A DNA stretch of 64,000 bases from Basidiobolus meristosporus CBS 931.73 (Eukaryota; Fungi; Basidiobolomycota), in contig MCFE01000313.1 in the NCBI GenBank assembly GCA_002104905.1, positions 33,384-97,383 on the forward strand, written 5' to 3'. The notes beneath the pieces were generated by a model. The model had not been told where the DNA came from. It did not search any database and was given only the letters and a program-made list of their open reading frames with translations. This document shows positions 49,427 through 63,360 of the stretch, in pieces. Numbering within the stretch: the first letter of the stretch is position 1; each line of letters begins with the position of its first letter. The translations under genes and the position numbers were made by a program.

Positions 49427-49856
49427 CTTGAGTGTGGTTTCTTCTTTCTTCAGGAGGGAGGTTTCTGGTTATCGCTGCTACCAATGTTACAAGTCTTGGT
49501 ATAAGAGTTGTAGAGGAATAGGGAGTTTAGCTAGTATTGTATTCACTAAAACTTGAACTGATTTTTATTGAGGTTCCAGCAGCTCCTTATATACATTTTG
49601 CCAGATCAATTGCTGACTAATTGTATTTCCTAATGTAGGTTGTGGCTGATGACTCATTTGATTGCATCATCATCACCCAATAAGATCCTACTTAATATAT
49701 CTATTTCTGTCTGATAAGGATCTGCTGATTCATTTGCTGACTAATGCTACTGATTTCATAGATAATACTGATATACTGATAACCTAAACATATACTAATT
49801 GATTTGACTAAAAACTGATCTAACTTAAACATTCAAGCGGCAGATCATAACACTTC

Positions 49857-52200
49857 TATCACCTCAACTTTAAGACTTATTAGTGTGATATTTGCAAAGC
49901 TGCCATATACCTTGTACTGCTGGTAACATACACATCTTGTAAACATATGTTTGGTTAGCACTACTTCTTCCTTGAATACCATCTGAATATCCGCGAAGAA
50001 CATTGCACTATTTTGCCAGTATGTTACTTCTCTGTGCTGGATTCTAGTCCCCCTTATAGGTGTGCTCTGGCTCTGGCTTATGTGAATTCCATATTAAATG
50101 ATGTAAAGTTGGCTTATGACCAATACAAATCTGGCATACCTTGGCAGAGTTTTCCTACTCAAAGTTAATTGCTTGTTGCACCCAACCCACTTGTAGTTAC
50201 TTAACTAATTACGCATGCATTATGACTGCTTAGCTTCTTAATGCCATTTGTATAGGTGTCCCCATGTGCATATCTGTCCTCAGTGTTTTCCAACCCTTTC
50301 TGGCTGGCCTCCATGTACCTACTCATCACATCCATGATGAACTTGAAGGTAATATTCTTGATGAGATTGAGGTATGGTAGTACCTGCAACATGACATGTC
50401 ATCCTATCTCCCCACACAACTGCTCTATAGGAAACTCCCAATAGGTGAAGCAAGACCCAATATTCTCCACACACCACGCAAGATGGAGTAGAGAATAGAC
50501 GCAGTAATGGCAGAGATCTATGAGTTCAGCTTGATATTTGTAGTATAGCCACTCAAATCTGGTTACAAACTCCTCATACAGTAGCTCTAGATGTTTCAAG
50601 TTGGCATTGCTGATGCATTTCAGGATAACACTCCTATAATGTCCAGATATGGCTCTCAATGCTTCCAATGTACTCTTGGTAGGAATGGCTTCAGAATGCC
50701 TCATGAATAAATACATATTCAGTTCATCAAGGCTTTGCACTTGTTTTGTTTCATATGCTTATGAATCTTGATGGCAGCTGGTGAGAAGTACTTAGGGGAA
50801 CAGATACACCCTGTTATCTTGCCAACTCTCTCAGATTCCTCCAGTATCTTGAAGGGCTCATTTAGCTTGAAATGCCCCATGTACAACTTGATCATCAGTA
50901 TAGGGATATTGCTGAAATGAAAATGCATTGCTCCCAGTGGAATGCTTCTGCTCCAACAGATGCTCTCTTTCTTAAGTATTTGCAGATTCCAATTGATTCC
51001 ATATTCTGACAATGGCTTATAGCATGTCAACTATGCTGCAATTACAGTGCAACTTCTGTGTGTTCTCACAGTGGGAAATGAAGCTGTTAGTGTTGGTGTT
51101 TGGGTAATGATGAGGTGTGCAAGTTGTGGAGTAAATCCTCTGGATCTCACACATTTGACCACAATACCATCCATTGTGCCCAGAAAAGCTTGCTATCTTG
51201 CTGATGGCTGGGGTATTCCCAATGCTAATAATTAATTATGCTTTTACATGATGGCCATTTACTGTTATCCTGCCGGAAAGTACGTAAAATTCATTCTTCA
51301 ATGGATACAGGTAGCCATCTTAGTTGCATGGTGAATTAGGCCCAGATACCAGTGAGACTACCATCAGATTTTTGCTCTGAAACTGTAAGACATGTGGCAG
51401 ATTCAGGTTGATGAGAATCAGTGGCCAGTATGATTTGCAGGTGGAGTACTTGTTTGGTAAGAGTCCATCAAGTGCTAAGGCAAAGGCATGGTCATACATA
51501 CCTTCAAGGTAGCCCTTGCTTCTTAGCTGTCTGTAATATTTGCCATCAAATATATTAGAGATAATTGCTCTTGAATGATACTGAGTGCAGTTCTGTATAG
51601 CTTTGCTATATTTATCAGACTGCATGCACATCTTTGGATGTGGTATTACTGGAATATATCCAGAGTGGAATAATGTTTTCCTTCAATGGTGGTAAATTCT
51701 CACAATTTGGACACATTGCAACAATGACATTTTTGGAAGCAATTGCCCTGCAATTGTTAGCACATGATGGAGTCAGGACAGTCTCTGGGTCATCGTTTGC
51801 TAGCTGCATGATGGTTGACCACTAGTACCATGTACATGGTAAGTTGCACCCTAGCATGATTTTGGCAAGAAGTAGTAATAAATCCTCAAAGCTCCCATTA
51901 TTATATTTGTAGAAACACACCACTTCTCTGGCCACATCATTATATCATTCACCAGCAGATAAATTACTGGGCTCACTTGGCTCCATAGAGTGTCCTTAGC
52001 AATTGTTTTGAATGGTGTTGGCTCATTGCATATTGGGATTTGATTAGTTGTGACTCATGAGTGGCCATATATGAGTTGTGTGGCAAAACACTGACCATGA
52101 ACCTTGTAATACTTCCTATACTGTCTGTGTGCTTCATGGCTGAGAGGCTTGCTACAATAGCCATATGGTCTATATTCTGTTCTCTTATGGCATTAAATAG
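49857..52200 (-). pseudogene. Decayed Tnp2-type transposase, copy 2
   Basis: NIFDGKYY..FALALDG..YWPLILINLNLP..SGPNSP (51320..51631) and FEWLYY...CVYSLLHLAWCVENIGSCFTYWEFPIEQLCG (50399..50740), typical of fungal CACTA transposases. Confidence 0.8.
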
Positions 52201-53827
52201 AATCAGTCTTATTCATGGGGCAAGCATGACCATCAACAATGTAGCACTATTATATCACTTTTTGGCTAATTCTCATGTGAATTTAGTACAGTCTTGTATT
52301 TGAGACATAAGAAATACATCAATGTAAGATGCAATGATGACCAACCATAGCAAGCACTACATATAAAGTTGTGGCACCATATACATATGTATTTGTGACA
52401 CTATTTCCCCTCAAGTTTGACTTACTTTCATATATATGCTGTCAAAAAAAAGCAAACTCATCCAGTTTCCAACCAAACCCCACCACTGATGGCAGCAGAA
52501 GAACAGTTGGACAACAGCTTGCTCTGACATTCAGTACAACAAGTGAGACTAAGCCCAAAAAAGGCAATGATGGCAGTGTGCCTACTGAATGTAATAATGC
52601 AGACTCCTTAGGCTAGGAGCCCAAAGCTCTGTTATGCTAAGCAGATGAGAATGTAACTGATACAGTGTGCTCAGTTGAAGACAAACAAGTGGCCTTCATA
52701 ACTTCACCACTACCCATTTTAGCAAGTATGTTGTCAGCTCATACTGAAGCATTAATGAAGCAATGAGATCTAGTGGCTAATAGGATAGATGCAATGTCCC
52801 AGAAAAATCAGGAAATAATCCAAAACAGAATGAGGGGATAATACATGTTGCGCAATCAATAACCCAGGTAGGGAAAGCAGTACTTTTGCTGCAAAAAAGG
52901 AACTCAAGTAGCTCAATGTCACAGCCAGGAATTGCGCCATTTCCCAGTGCAACAGCAGAGGAACACTACACAGTCTTTGAAGCACAACAACTTTGACCAA
53001 AGATAATGACCACAGATAACCTATTATATTATGGGAGGGCAACAATGTGGTGTTTATACCAAAGCCTAAAAATCAAAAGACACTGAAGATCCATGAAGCC
53101 ATTCAGTGCAATAAACAAGAGTGGGCTAATATTCAAGAGGCTGTCAGAAGTCTAGCGCACCATCCCCTTAAGGCTGGCATATAATGGGACCATCTGGAAC
53201 TCAAGGCCATGCAGTATGCACTTGACTTGTTCACTCAGCATTATCCTGGAATCTTACAGGCAAACAGATTTTGAACTACTTTTGGTACATAGCAAAAGTA
53301 TCATAAGAATACCAGAAACTATCAAAGGCAGAAGAACAAGGGTGCCATTGCAAAAAACCAGCAGATTCTTCAAGATCCTGTTACATGCAGGCCCCAAAGC
53401 TCCAAACAATCTTCAAAGAGACATCAGGTAGCTTGACAAGTACCAATAAGGGACAAGCAGGCAGACACAGATGCACCAGCTAAAGATTTATAAAGGAAAA
53501 AGTATAGTACCACTCAAGAAGCACTCAGTCAAAGTAGCAGTAAACAACCTGGCAGTGAAACTAACAAATTGCTTTCACAGGAGCCTGTCATAACTATGGT
53601 TGAGAGCTTGAAACAAGTGTAAAATAAACATTAGGTTGCCAGAAGAGTGCCAACAAGGGGCAAGCAGGCCAAAATAGATGCCTCAGAGCTGGACTTATCA
53701 GGGAGAAGACATAGGTCATTACAAGAAGCACTCAGACAAAGCAGTGGTGAAAGACTTATATTAATAATGCAAAAGGTAAAGGAAAAAATGTTTACCCAAG
53801 CCTGAGACAGGGAAACATGCAAAAAAC

Positions 53828-56800
53828 TGTTGCAATCAAAGAAGTGATGTTGATATAAGGAACTCATCAAGATAAAGTAATAGTAGTTGAACTGTTGCTT
53901 ATGCATAACGTGGATCAGTAGTGGTGCCTTTGTAGAAGTAATAAATACGTTAATACAAAGTAAGCTTGGTTTTTTAACATTCAGGAGTATTCTGTAACAG
54001 TTTCACAGTAAGTACTTAATGGTTGGTAAAAAGTGTTAATTTGATCTGCACTATAGGTGAGTAATCATAGGATGATAGATGTGAAGAGACTAGCAAAATT
54101 TGGGGCTACAAATAAGTCTTACAGTGACCAAGACTAGTCTAGAACTATTAAGTAAATATTGAGCTGCTGAATGATACAAAATAGTTAAATATTTCAGCTC
54201 TCCACCTCAACTAGTTGAATTCTTAGTCCTAACTCCTCTGTAAGATTCTCAAATTGAGGTCTAGCTAGTGGTTTTAGCAATATATCTGCTACTATTTTGT
54301 CTGTTGGGCAGTAAACTAACTCTACTGAGTTAGCATCTACAGCTTCCCTCACAGAGTGGTGTTGTATATCTTTGTGCTTAGTTTTGACATGATTATTAGA
54401 GTTCCTAGCTAATGCAATACAAGTTTGATTATGTTTGTAAATACATGTTGGTCATCTGAACTAGAGCCTAAGTCTTTAAATAATTCCTGTAGCCATATAG
54501 CCTCCTTAGCTGCTTGGCAAGCAGCCATATATTCAGCTTAAATTGTAGATAGGGCCACACTTGGTTATTTCTTGCAATTCCAAGTAATAGCTGCACAAGC
54601 ATAAGGAAATACATGCCCAGTGGTAGAGGGTCTGTCAATCAGATCTCTACCAAAAAAAACTGCTTTATTTTGATCTGATCCATAATTCTGCATGAATTGA
54701 CTGACTATTCCAACTGCCACTGCAATATCAAGACATGTAGACACCATTAAGTACATAGGACTACCAACCATTAATTGATAGGAAACGTTTTGGTCCATAT
54801 TTGATCCATTTTTATCTAAAACTGGCTGAGATTTGCTCAATTTTAGATTATTGTTCATAGGGGTAGCTGCAGGCTTGCAATTTTCATTTTGAAGCATCTA
54901 ATAATGTCCTCAATGTACTTAGACTTATTGAGGACAATTTTCTATGCAGCTATGTCAAAATTCACTTCAATATGAAGTAAATAGCTCAATTTTCTAAGAT
55001 TTTTCAGCTCAAACTTGCTGAAGAGATCTGATTTTGTCTGTTCAAGTGCCTCCTGGTTACCTGTTGCTATTATTAGGCTGTCCACATGAAGAACTAGGAT
55101 GATCACACCCTGTTGAGCTGTTTCACATATATATTATCATCTGCAGAGCTACAAATGAAACCAATCTCCTCTAGATATGTGTCAATCTTGCTATACCATG
55201 CTCTTGGAGCCTGCTTAAGCCCATACAACTATTTCCTGAGTCTGCACACCTTATGGGGGACTTTTGAATTTGTAAGATCTTCTGGTTGCTCCATAAATAT
55301 AGTATCTTGCAAATCCCCATGTAGAAAGGCTGTTTTTATGTCCATTTGTTTAGATCTAGACCGTGTACAGATGCCAGGGCTAGAACTGTCCCAATGGAGT
55401 TAAACTTGGCAACCAGAGCAAATGTTTTCTTCAAGGCAATTCCCTGGATCTGGGAATAGCCTTTGCCACTAATCTAGCCTTGTACTTATCAATGGTACCA
55501 TTTGCGGTTATCTTGATCTTGTAGACCCATTTACATCCTATTGGCTTTCTCCTGTTTGGTAAATTTACCAGTTCCTATGCTTTTGCTTTTATCAGTGATT
55601 GGTACTCCTCCTGCATGGCTTACTGCCACGTAGGTGCATCTGTACTCTGCATTGCCTGTTCCAGATTTTAAGGCTTGGCACATAAGTCAAGATATGCCTC
55701 TTCATGATCATTGGATGTATGCCACCAGGATCCAGGGGCATTTCTTACTCTGGTAGGTCTCCTTTCTTGGATAATCTTCTCTGGTCTAGAGCTGGTAGAA
55801 TTATCTTCCATATCTGGCTGAATTTGGTACATATCTTCTTCATTAGTGATGATTACATTGTCAGGCAGCTGGCCAATGATTTCTGAGGCTTTCTGATCTG
55901 AATTCTCCTCAAATACAATGTCCCTGCTCTTGATCAGCTTCTGAGTCTGGCCATCATATATGCTTTACCCTTTGGTATCCTCACAATACCCAAGAAAGAT
56001 ACCTTTTCTACTCTTTGGTTCCAGCTCAAAGCGTTTTTTGTCAGGCATGTGATAAAAGACATCATTGCCAAATCTCCTGAGGTGCTTGAGGTCTGGTTTT
56101 TGCCTGTATATGCTCCAAAGGGTGTAAAAGCATGTAGTGCTGCTGTTGGGCATCTATTCTTGATGTATATTATGGTAGCAACAGATTCAGCCCAAAATTT
56201 GTTGTCCATTCACTTATCATGTAGCCTATATCTTCCCATCTCTACTATTTTTCTGTTTGCACACTCTACTGCTCCAGTTTGCTGTGGAGTATGTGGAACA
56301 GTGGTGTGTTGAAGTGAACCAGTAGATGAGCAGTATTTTGCAAACACCTTTAAGCAGTATTCCCCTCCATTGTCACTTCAGAGTATATTCAATTTATACC
56401 CAGTTTGTGTTTCCACTGTGTACTTGAAGCATTTAAACATCTCTAAAGCTTCATGTTTGCTTTGAGGAAGTTTACCCATGTATATTTTGTCTTGTCATCA
56501 ATCAATATCATAAAGTATCTTATGGCTCCAAAGGACAGTGTTCTCATGGGCACACATATGTCTGGGTGTACAATGGTCAGTATTTTGGTGGTGCTGATGC
56601 CTCCTGAGCTCCTGAAATGTTGCCTAGCTTGTTTACCATATGAACATCCCTTACCGGCACTCAATTTGACAAGAAATGAGTAATTAAGGGCTAAAACAAG
56701 CTCATTTTTACTAATTGGCTCATTTTTTGTTCCCCAATGTGTCCTAGCCTCCTATGCCACATCTCCCAGTTAGCCTCATCTGTATCAGCAATGTTAGCAT

Positions 56801-59800
56801 ACTCCGATACAATGATCTTACACTGTAACTTGTATATACTGCAATCTCTAATTCCAAAAGCTAACTTTTGTCAAATTTCACTCATCATTGAGCAGTTCAG
56901 CTTAGTAAAACAAAATTCAGTCCCTGAGCAGTTGCATCACTGACTGAGAGCAGGTTCTTAGCTATTCCAGGGATGTAGAGTATGTCGGTCAGTTTTGCTG
57001 CTGTAGCCCCTTAGATATCACTCGTATTTAATATCATAGACACAATTACGGTAGCTTCCAGTGCAGAGTTGTCTTGCAGATAAGCCTTTCTTACGGGAAT
57101 AGCCCTTAAGTTGCTGAACCTCTCCTTTATACCACATATATGCTGTGACACTCTAGAGTCAATGTACTAATCATTACTTTGGTTACTTGCACTCTTTTGT
57201 ACACTTACAAATAACTGCTCATCAGTAGTGATATGGTTTGCCTGCTCCAGTTTCTGTTTTTTGTCTGCTTCTTTCTTCTTGCATTCTCTTGCCCAGTTTC
57301 CTGGCTTCTTACTGAGTTACAGCAACCAGGTTTTCTTTGGTTTTGTTGCTTTCCCCTCTTTTCTTTGTGCCTTCTGAAGCTGAATAAAGCCTTGTCTTCA
57401 ATTTTCTTTGCTTGATCATTACGTCTGCGCTCTTCATTAGGGAGTCTTCCTTTGATATAGTCCAAAGTTTGTTACAAGTCTTGGTATAAGAGTTGTAGTG
57501 GAATAGGGAGTTTAGCTAGTATTGTATTCACTAAAACTTGAACTGATTTTTATCAAGGTTCCAGCAGCTCCTTATATACATTTTGCCAGATCAATTGCTG
57601 ACTAATTGTATTTCCTAATGTAGGTTGTGGCTGATGACTCATTTGATTGCATCATCATCACCCAATAAGATCCTACTCAATAAGATCCTACTCAATATAT
57701 CTATTTTTGTCTGATAAGGATCTGCTGATTCATTTGCTGACTAATGCTACTGATTTCATAGATAATACTGATATACTGATAACCTAAACATATACTAATT
57801 GATTTGACTAAAAACTGATCTAACTTATACATTTAAGCGGCAGATCATAACATTCTCCCCTACCAAGGTTGCGAGGGTTCTCCTGAATCTCTTTTCTTGT
57901 GATACCAATATCTTGATGGTTCAGTATTATCATCAAGTCTTGCAAGCTTGAGTCTGTCCCTATGCACTAAGTCTTCCCGGATATTACCTTGTTTGTCCAC
58001 CAGTTGGTAAGTTGCAAATGGACATTCTCTGATGATCTTGAGTGGTCCTGTCCATTGTGGCTCAAACTTCTTCCAAGTGTTGTTTCTTAGCAATACAAAG
58101 TTCCCAACTGTCAATGCTTCTGGTGCTTTAGTCTTATCAAATCTCTGCTTCATCTTTTCTGCACTATGAGATACTTTGGTCTATGCCTCTTGACGTCTTT
58201 GTTCCAGTTACTGGTGTCTACTTGGCTGACTAAGTTCATCTTCTAAGGCATCTGTAAGCTTGGGTTGTGTGAGATCTCCTGGAATCCTTGGTTCACATCC
58301 ATACACTAAGTAAAATGGTGATTGCTGGGTGGTGTTGTGTACTCTGACTCTGCATGCAAAGAGTGCTTGGTCTATATACTCATCCCATCTACTGACAACT
58401 CCATTTGCATACTTGGTCAGCATTTTTCCAAATAATCCATTAAACCGCTCAGTGACTCCATTAGTTCTGGGGTGATAAGTCAAGGTTTTCAGGTGTCTGA
58501 TCTGCTGCATTTCCAGGTAAGCCTCTAATCTCTTTGCCATAAAGTTTGCTCCTCTATCAGATTAGATCTCCACAAGGCATCCAAACTTCATCAGGATCTC
58601 ATGGTAAATGAAACTTGCAACTGCTTGTTCACTGGCTATTGGTACAGCTTTAGCAACTGGCCATTTAGTGGCATGGTCAATTGCTACTAGGATCCAACGG
58701 TTGCATTTCCTGGTGGTTGGCAGTCTTCCAATAAAGTCAATTCCCCATCTCTCAAATGGTCTTACAGGCTCCAAAGGGAAGAGTTTGGCAATTCTTTGTG
58801 GCTGGCCTTGATTGATTTGGCAGCTTGGGCATGTTTTTACTAGCTTCTCAATGTCTTGTTTCATTCTGGGCCACCATGCTCTGGCTTTCACAAGACTATA
58901 GGTTCCTTCAATTCCAAGATGTCCATATCCATTGTGTAGCTTATTTATTAAATCCAGGCAAGAAACATAAGGGCAATAGGCAATAGGGCTTCCATCAGCA
59001 ATTTGGTAGAGTGTTTCATCCTGTACTACAAATTTGCTGGTTTCATCACGGATTATCTTCTTGATATCTTCATCCACCTCATTAGGAATGGCTTGGTCCT
59101 CCAAGTACTTTGGTAATAGGCTAGGCCAATCTGATTCATGCACCAAGTTGAGTTGTGCAACTTGATCTAATCTTGATAAGGCATCAGCAACCGTGTTGTT
59201 TTTTTCCAGGGCAGTAGACAATCTCCAGGTCAAATTGCTGAATGTATTCACTCCATCTTGTCATTCTTCTAGAGAGTACCTTCTGAGTAAATATATACTT
59301 GAGGGAGGCATGATCAGTCTTCACAGTGCATTTGACTCCTTCAATATTGCATCTCCATGTCTTCAAACAGTGTATTATAGCAAGCATCTCCTTCTCATGG
59401 ACTGGATAGTTTTGTTCTGCTGAGTTCAGTTTCTTGGATTCAAAGGCAACAGGGTAGTCCTTTCCCCTGTGTTCTTGGCTCAGCACTCCACCAATTGCAT
59501 AATCTGAAGCATCTGTGCACAGAGTGAACTCTTTTCTGAAGTCTGGTATTCTTAAGCTTGGCAGCTTAGCAAGTTCATTCTTGAGCATCTGGAAGGCAGT
59601 CTCACAAGCTATGTCCCACTTGTAGGTATTGTCTTTCTTGAGGATATCAGTTAAAGGGGCTGCAATAACTGCAAACAACTTGACAAATCTCCGATAATAG
59701 GAAACCATTCCAAGGAATGATCTGAGCACTGATATGCTATGGGGCTGTTTCAGATTCTTGATTACTTCCACCTTCTTTGGGTCTAAGGTTACTCCTGTGC

Positions 59801-62800
59801 TAGTCACTATGTGTCCCAGGTATTCAATGTGCTCCTTGAAGAATTCACGCTTGGCTAGCTTGCCATATAGCTTGTTCTCTCTTAACTTCTCCAAGACCTT
59901 TTCAATGTGCACTACATGATCCTCTTCTGTCTTGCTGTATATCAATATGTCATCCAGGTAGATTATCACAAACTTGTCTAAGTACTCCTGAAAGACAGTA
60001 TGCATCAGCGTCATGAATGTTGCAGGGGCATTAGTGAGGCCAAAACTCATGACTAAGTACTTGTAATGTCCATATCTGGTCCTAAATGCTGTCTAAGGAA
60101 TATCTTCTGGTTTCACCCTAATTTGGTTGTATCCTGACATGAGGTCAATCTTGCTGAAAATAGTGGCTCCATTAAGTTGGTCCAAAAGCTCATCAATCCA
60201 AGGTATGGGGTACTTATTCTTGACGGTAACTGAGTTCAGGGCTCTGTAGTCAATGCACATCCTAAGTGTTCCATCCTTCTTTTTCACAAAATGTACTGGT
60301 GCTCCCCAGGGTGACTTGCTGGGCCTGATGTATCCTTGCTCCAATAGCTGATCAATTTGTCTCTTCATTTCCTCCAATTCCAATGGACTCATTCTGTAAG
60401 GTGTCTTGCTCACTGGAGGGCTATCTCCTGTGTCAATGGCATGATTCACGTCTCTGACTGGTGGTAGGCTTACAAGCTCATCTGGGAACATGTCTGAATA
60501 TTTCTTCAAGAGAGTCTGGACCTGCTGGGGTGCTGTGGTAGAGGAATCCTCCTGTAATACTGCCATGAGGAACATCTTGGTACCTTTTCTAAGTGCTCTA
60601 CAGAACTGGGTCTTGCTAAGTTCACTTGTCTCACACACACTGGAATTGACCAAGTTGAAATCCAGCCTGGCAGGTAATAGCTCATAGGTCTTGTTATCTT
60701 TTTGGATCTGAGCAGCATGGGTTCTCCAGTTGATTGATGGATTACAACAAAATAGCCAGGTTTTTCTAAGTACAAGGTCAAACTAGCAGTTCCCAAATAT
60801 ATAAGCCTGTTGGTCTTCTTCATAGTCATTGATCTTCATTCTTACTGGCTGGGTAATACGGTTGATTATGTGGGAGTTCCCATCAGCTGTGGGACTGAAG
60901 TTGATTTGGTAGGTTCCGAGTTGATTCCAGCTTTCAAAGCAAATTGCTCTGACATGTACTCATGCAATGCTCCTGAGTCAATCATGATCTTGGCAGGTAC
61001 TCCATTGAATACTCCATTCAAGTATAATAGCTTTCCTGAGTTTGAGGTCATCTGGGATAGGTATTCTTCTGTCATGTGGAAGGTGAGTTCTGAGTCTTCT
61101 TCAAGCTCATCTTCCACATTACTGTGCTCATGGGACTCAATATGGTTGAAGGTTCTTGTTGGCTGGTGTCCAATTCTTCTCTGAGGGCAGTACTTTGCAA
61201 TATGTCCCTGCTGGTGGCAATTGAAGCAAAGTCCTTTCTTCTTGCATTCTTCTGAGGAGGGATTTTTCTGCATAGCGTCTATTTCCATTGATACTGCTTC
61301 TGATTGTCTTCTTTCATAATGATTGTAGCCTTTCTGATCAGTCACTGTAGGCTTCCCAACTCCAAACATAGCTGAGTCATAGTCAATGGCAATCTTGATG
61401 GCTTCTTCAATAGTCTGAGGTCTTTGGTAATTCACTTCCTTGCAAGTTCTTTCTTTTGACCCATCAATAAAGTATTCAACTTGATCCAAGGGGTCCATTC
61501 TTTCAATTTGTCCAAGTAGACATCTGTACTCATGGATGTATTCTTGCACCATTCCTTTCTGTCTGAGTGTCTTTAACTTCCTTCTTAGTAGTGTCTGCTG
61601 GTGTGGAGGTTCAAAAGCATCCTAAATTTCTGACACAAACTCATCCCAGATAGAGATTGTAGAGCATCGCATCATAGTGGCTGACCTGGTCTTGTTGTGG
61701 TACCACTGTAAGGCTGCATCTGCCAGGTAAGAAGCTGCATAATGCAACTTGCTTTCTGGAGCAATTCCTTTAGCTTTAAAAGCTTCTTCAAACTGGAAGA
61801 GCCAAGTTCCCAGGTTTTCATTGACTCTGCCATGGTACTGGTTGACCTTCACACTAAAGTTGCTCTTGACAGGGCTTTGCTGGCTCTGAGCCATGGTAGT
61901 CATTCCTTGTCGCTGTTGGCTGAGGATCTGGAGTAACTGTTGCTGTTGGGCCAGGATTTGCTGCATGGCATTCTTCCATTCTTGATTGTCCGACATCTTG
62001 AGGGTGGTTTCTTTTTTCTTCAGGAGGGAGGTTTCTGATTATTGCTGCTACCAATGTTACAAGTCTTGGTATAAGAGTTGTAGAGGAATAGGGAGTTTAG
62101 CTAGTATTGTATTCACTAAAACTTGAACTGATTTTTATCAAGGTTCCAGCAGCTCCTTATATACATTTTGCCAGATCAATTGCTGACTAATTGTATTTCC
62201 TAATGTAGGTTGTGGCTGATGACTCATTTGATTGCATCATCATCACCCAATAAGATCCTACTCAATATATCTATTTCTGTCTGATAAGGATCTGCTGATT
62301 CATTTGCTGACTAATGCTACTGATTTGATAGATAATACTGATATACTGATAACCTAAACATATACTAATTGATTAGACTAAAAACTGATCTAACTTAAAT
62401 ATTCAAGTGGCAGATCATAACAAGTTGAATTGTCTTCCCTGCATTCAAAAGAAAGTAAGAGTGGCTGATATTTGTCTGGTAGGCTGCAAAGCAGATAGAG
62501 TATCTTTTCTTCATCATCTACACCAGCATTAATACTCTAAGGTTTCTCTGCAAGTATGTCCATTCTGGCAATGAGTTGAAGCATGCCATCATCTGGATTC
62601 TTCCTCATGTTGAGAACTTTTGTTTTGAATAAAGCTTGCTTAACACTGACTTGCTCTAAATATCACCTCTAAAGATTCCCATGCTGCTTTGGCAGTATTT
62701 GAAGTATGGATTTGTCCAATGAAGGAATCTTATATGCTGGTACATGTAGCATTAAAGGCCTTTATCTTTTTCTCTTGAAGCTTCTCCACTTTTTCTGCTG

Positions 62801-63360
62801 TTTTTTGGGCTCAACTTCTTTTCCTGCTATATATTCCAAAGCTTTCTTTCCTTGACATAGATCTGCATCTTGATTCTTCAGAGTCTGTAGTTCCTCCCAT
62901 CAAACATCTCCTTTACAGGAAAGATGTTGATATTGTTTGTTTACTGGTAGAAGTCATCTTTAGAATAGGTCATGGCAATTGGGGCTCATAACCTGTTGCA
63001 ATTTAAGAAGTGATTCCAATATAAGGAACTTATTGAGATATAGTAATAATAGTTGAACTGTTATTTATTCATAAAGATTATGAGTATTGATACCCTTGTA
63101 GAAGTAGCACAGCTATAACACTAAGTAAGAATGACTACTTAACATTCAAGAGCATTTTGCAGCAGTTTCATGGTTAGCACATAATGTTTAGTAAAAGTGA
63201 TAATTTGATCTGCACTATAGGGGAATAATCATAGGATCATCAATGTAAAGAAACTGGCAAAGTTGGGGCTGCAAGTAAGTCCTACAGTGACCAAGACTAG
63301 TCTACAATTGTTAAGTAAAATTTTAGCTGCTGAATGATACCAAATAGTCAATATTCAACA
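53828..63360 (-). mobile_element. Old Copia-B element (~4.6 kb without nested Gypsy); LTRs 53828..54199 and 62994..63360
   Basis: PBS GGTTATGAGCCCC (62981-62993 minus), PPT TTGAGGTGGAG, decayed gag/IN/RT/RH; near-TSD AAAAC/AATAC; flanks rejoin CACTA ORF2. Confidence 0.82.
57470..62422 (-). mobile_element. Gypsy-A copy 3, decayed; LTRs 57470..57852 (383 bp) and 62055..62422 (368 bp); TSD AGTT
   Basis: 4-bp TSD 57466-57469 / 62423-62426 inside Copia-B gag; PBS and PPT as in copy 2. Confidence 0.95.

Larger units (their letters stand above)
44914..49852 (-). mobile_element. Gypsy-A copy 2, youngest; apparently identical 368-bp LTRs (44914..45281, 49485..49852); TSD CTTC
   Basis: No LTR difference seen by eye; PBS TGGTAGCAGCG (49473-49483 minus); PPT AGTAGGGGAGAA; empty site CATACTTCTATC matches the homologous sequence at ~26400. 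Confidence 0.97.

Noticed and set aside
44909-62426. 5-bp TSDs (ACTTC, AAGTT) for Gypsy-A
   Set aside because: Would require LTRs ending in C rather than CA; the internal LTR boundary shows CA, so TSDs are 4 bp. The preceding A in two cases is too little evidence for a target preference.
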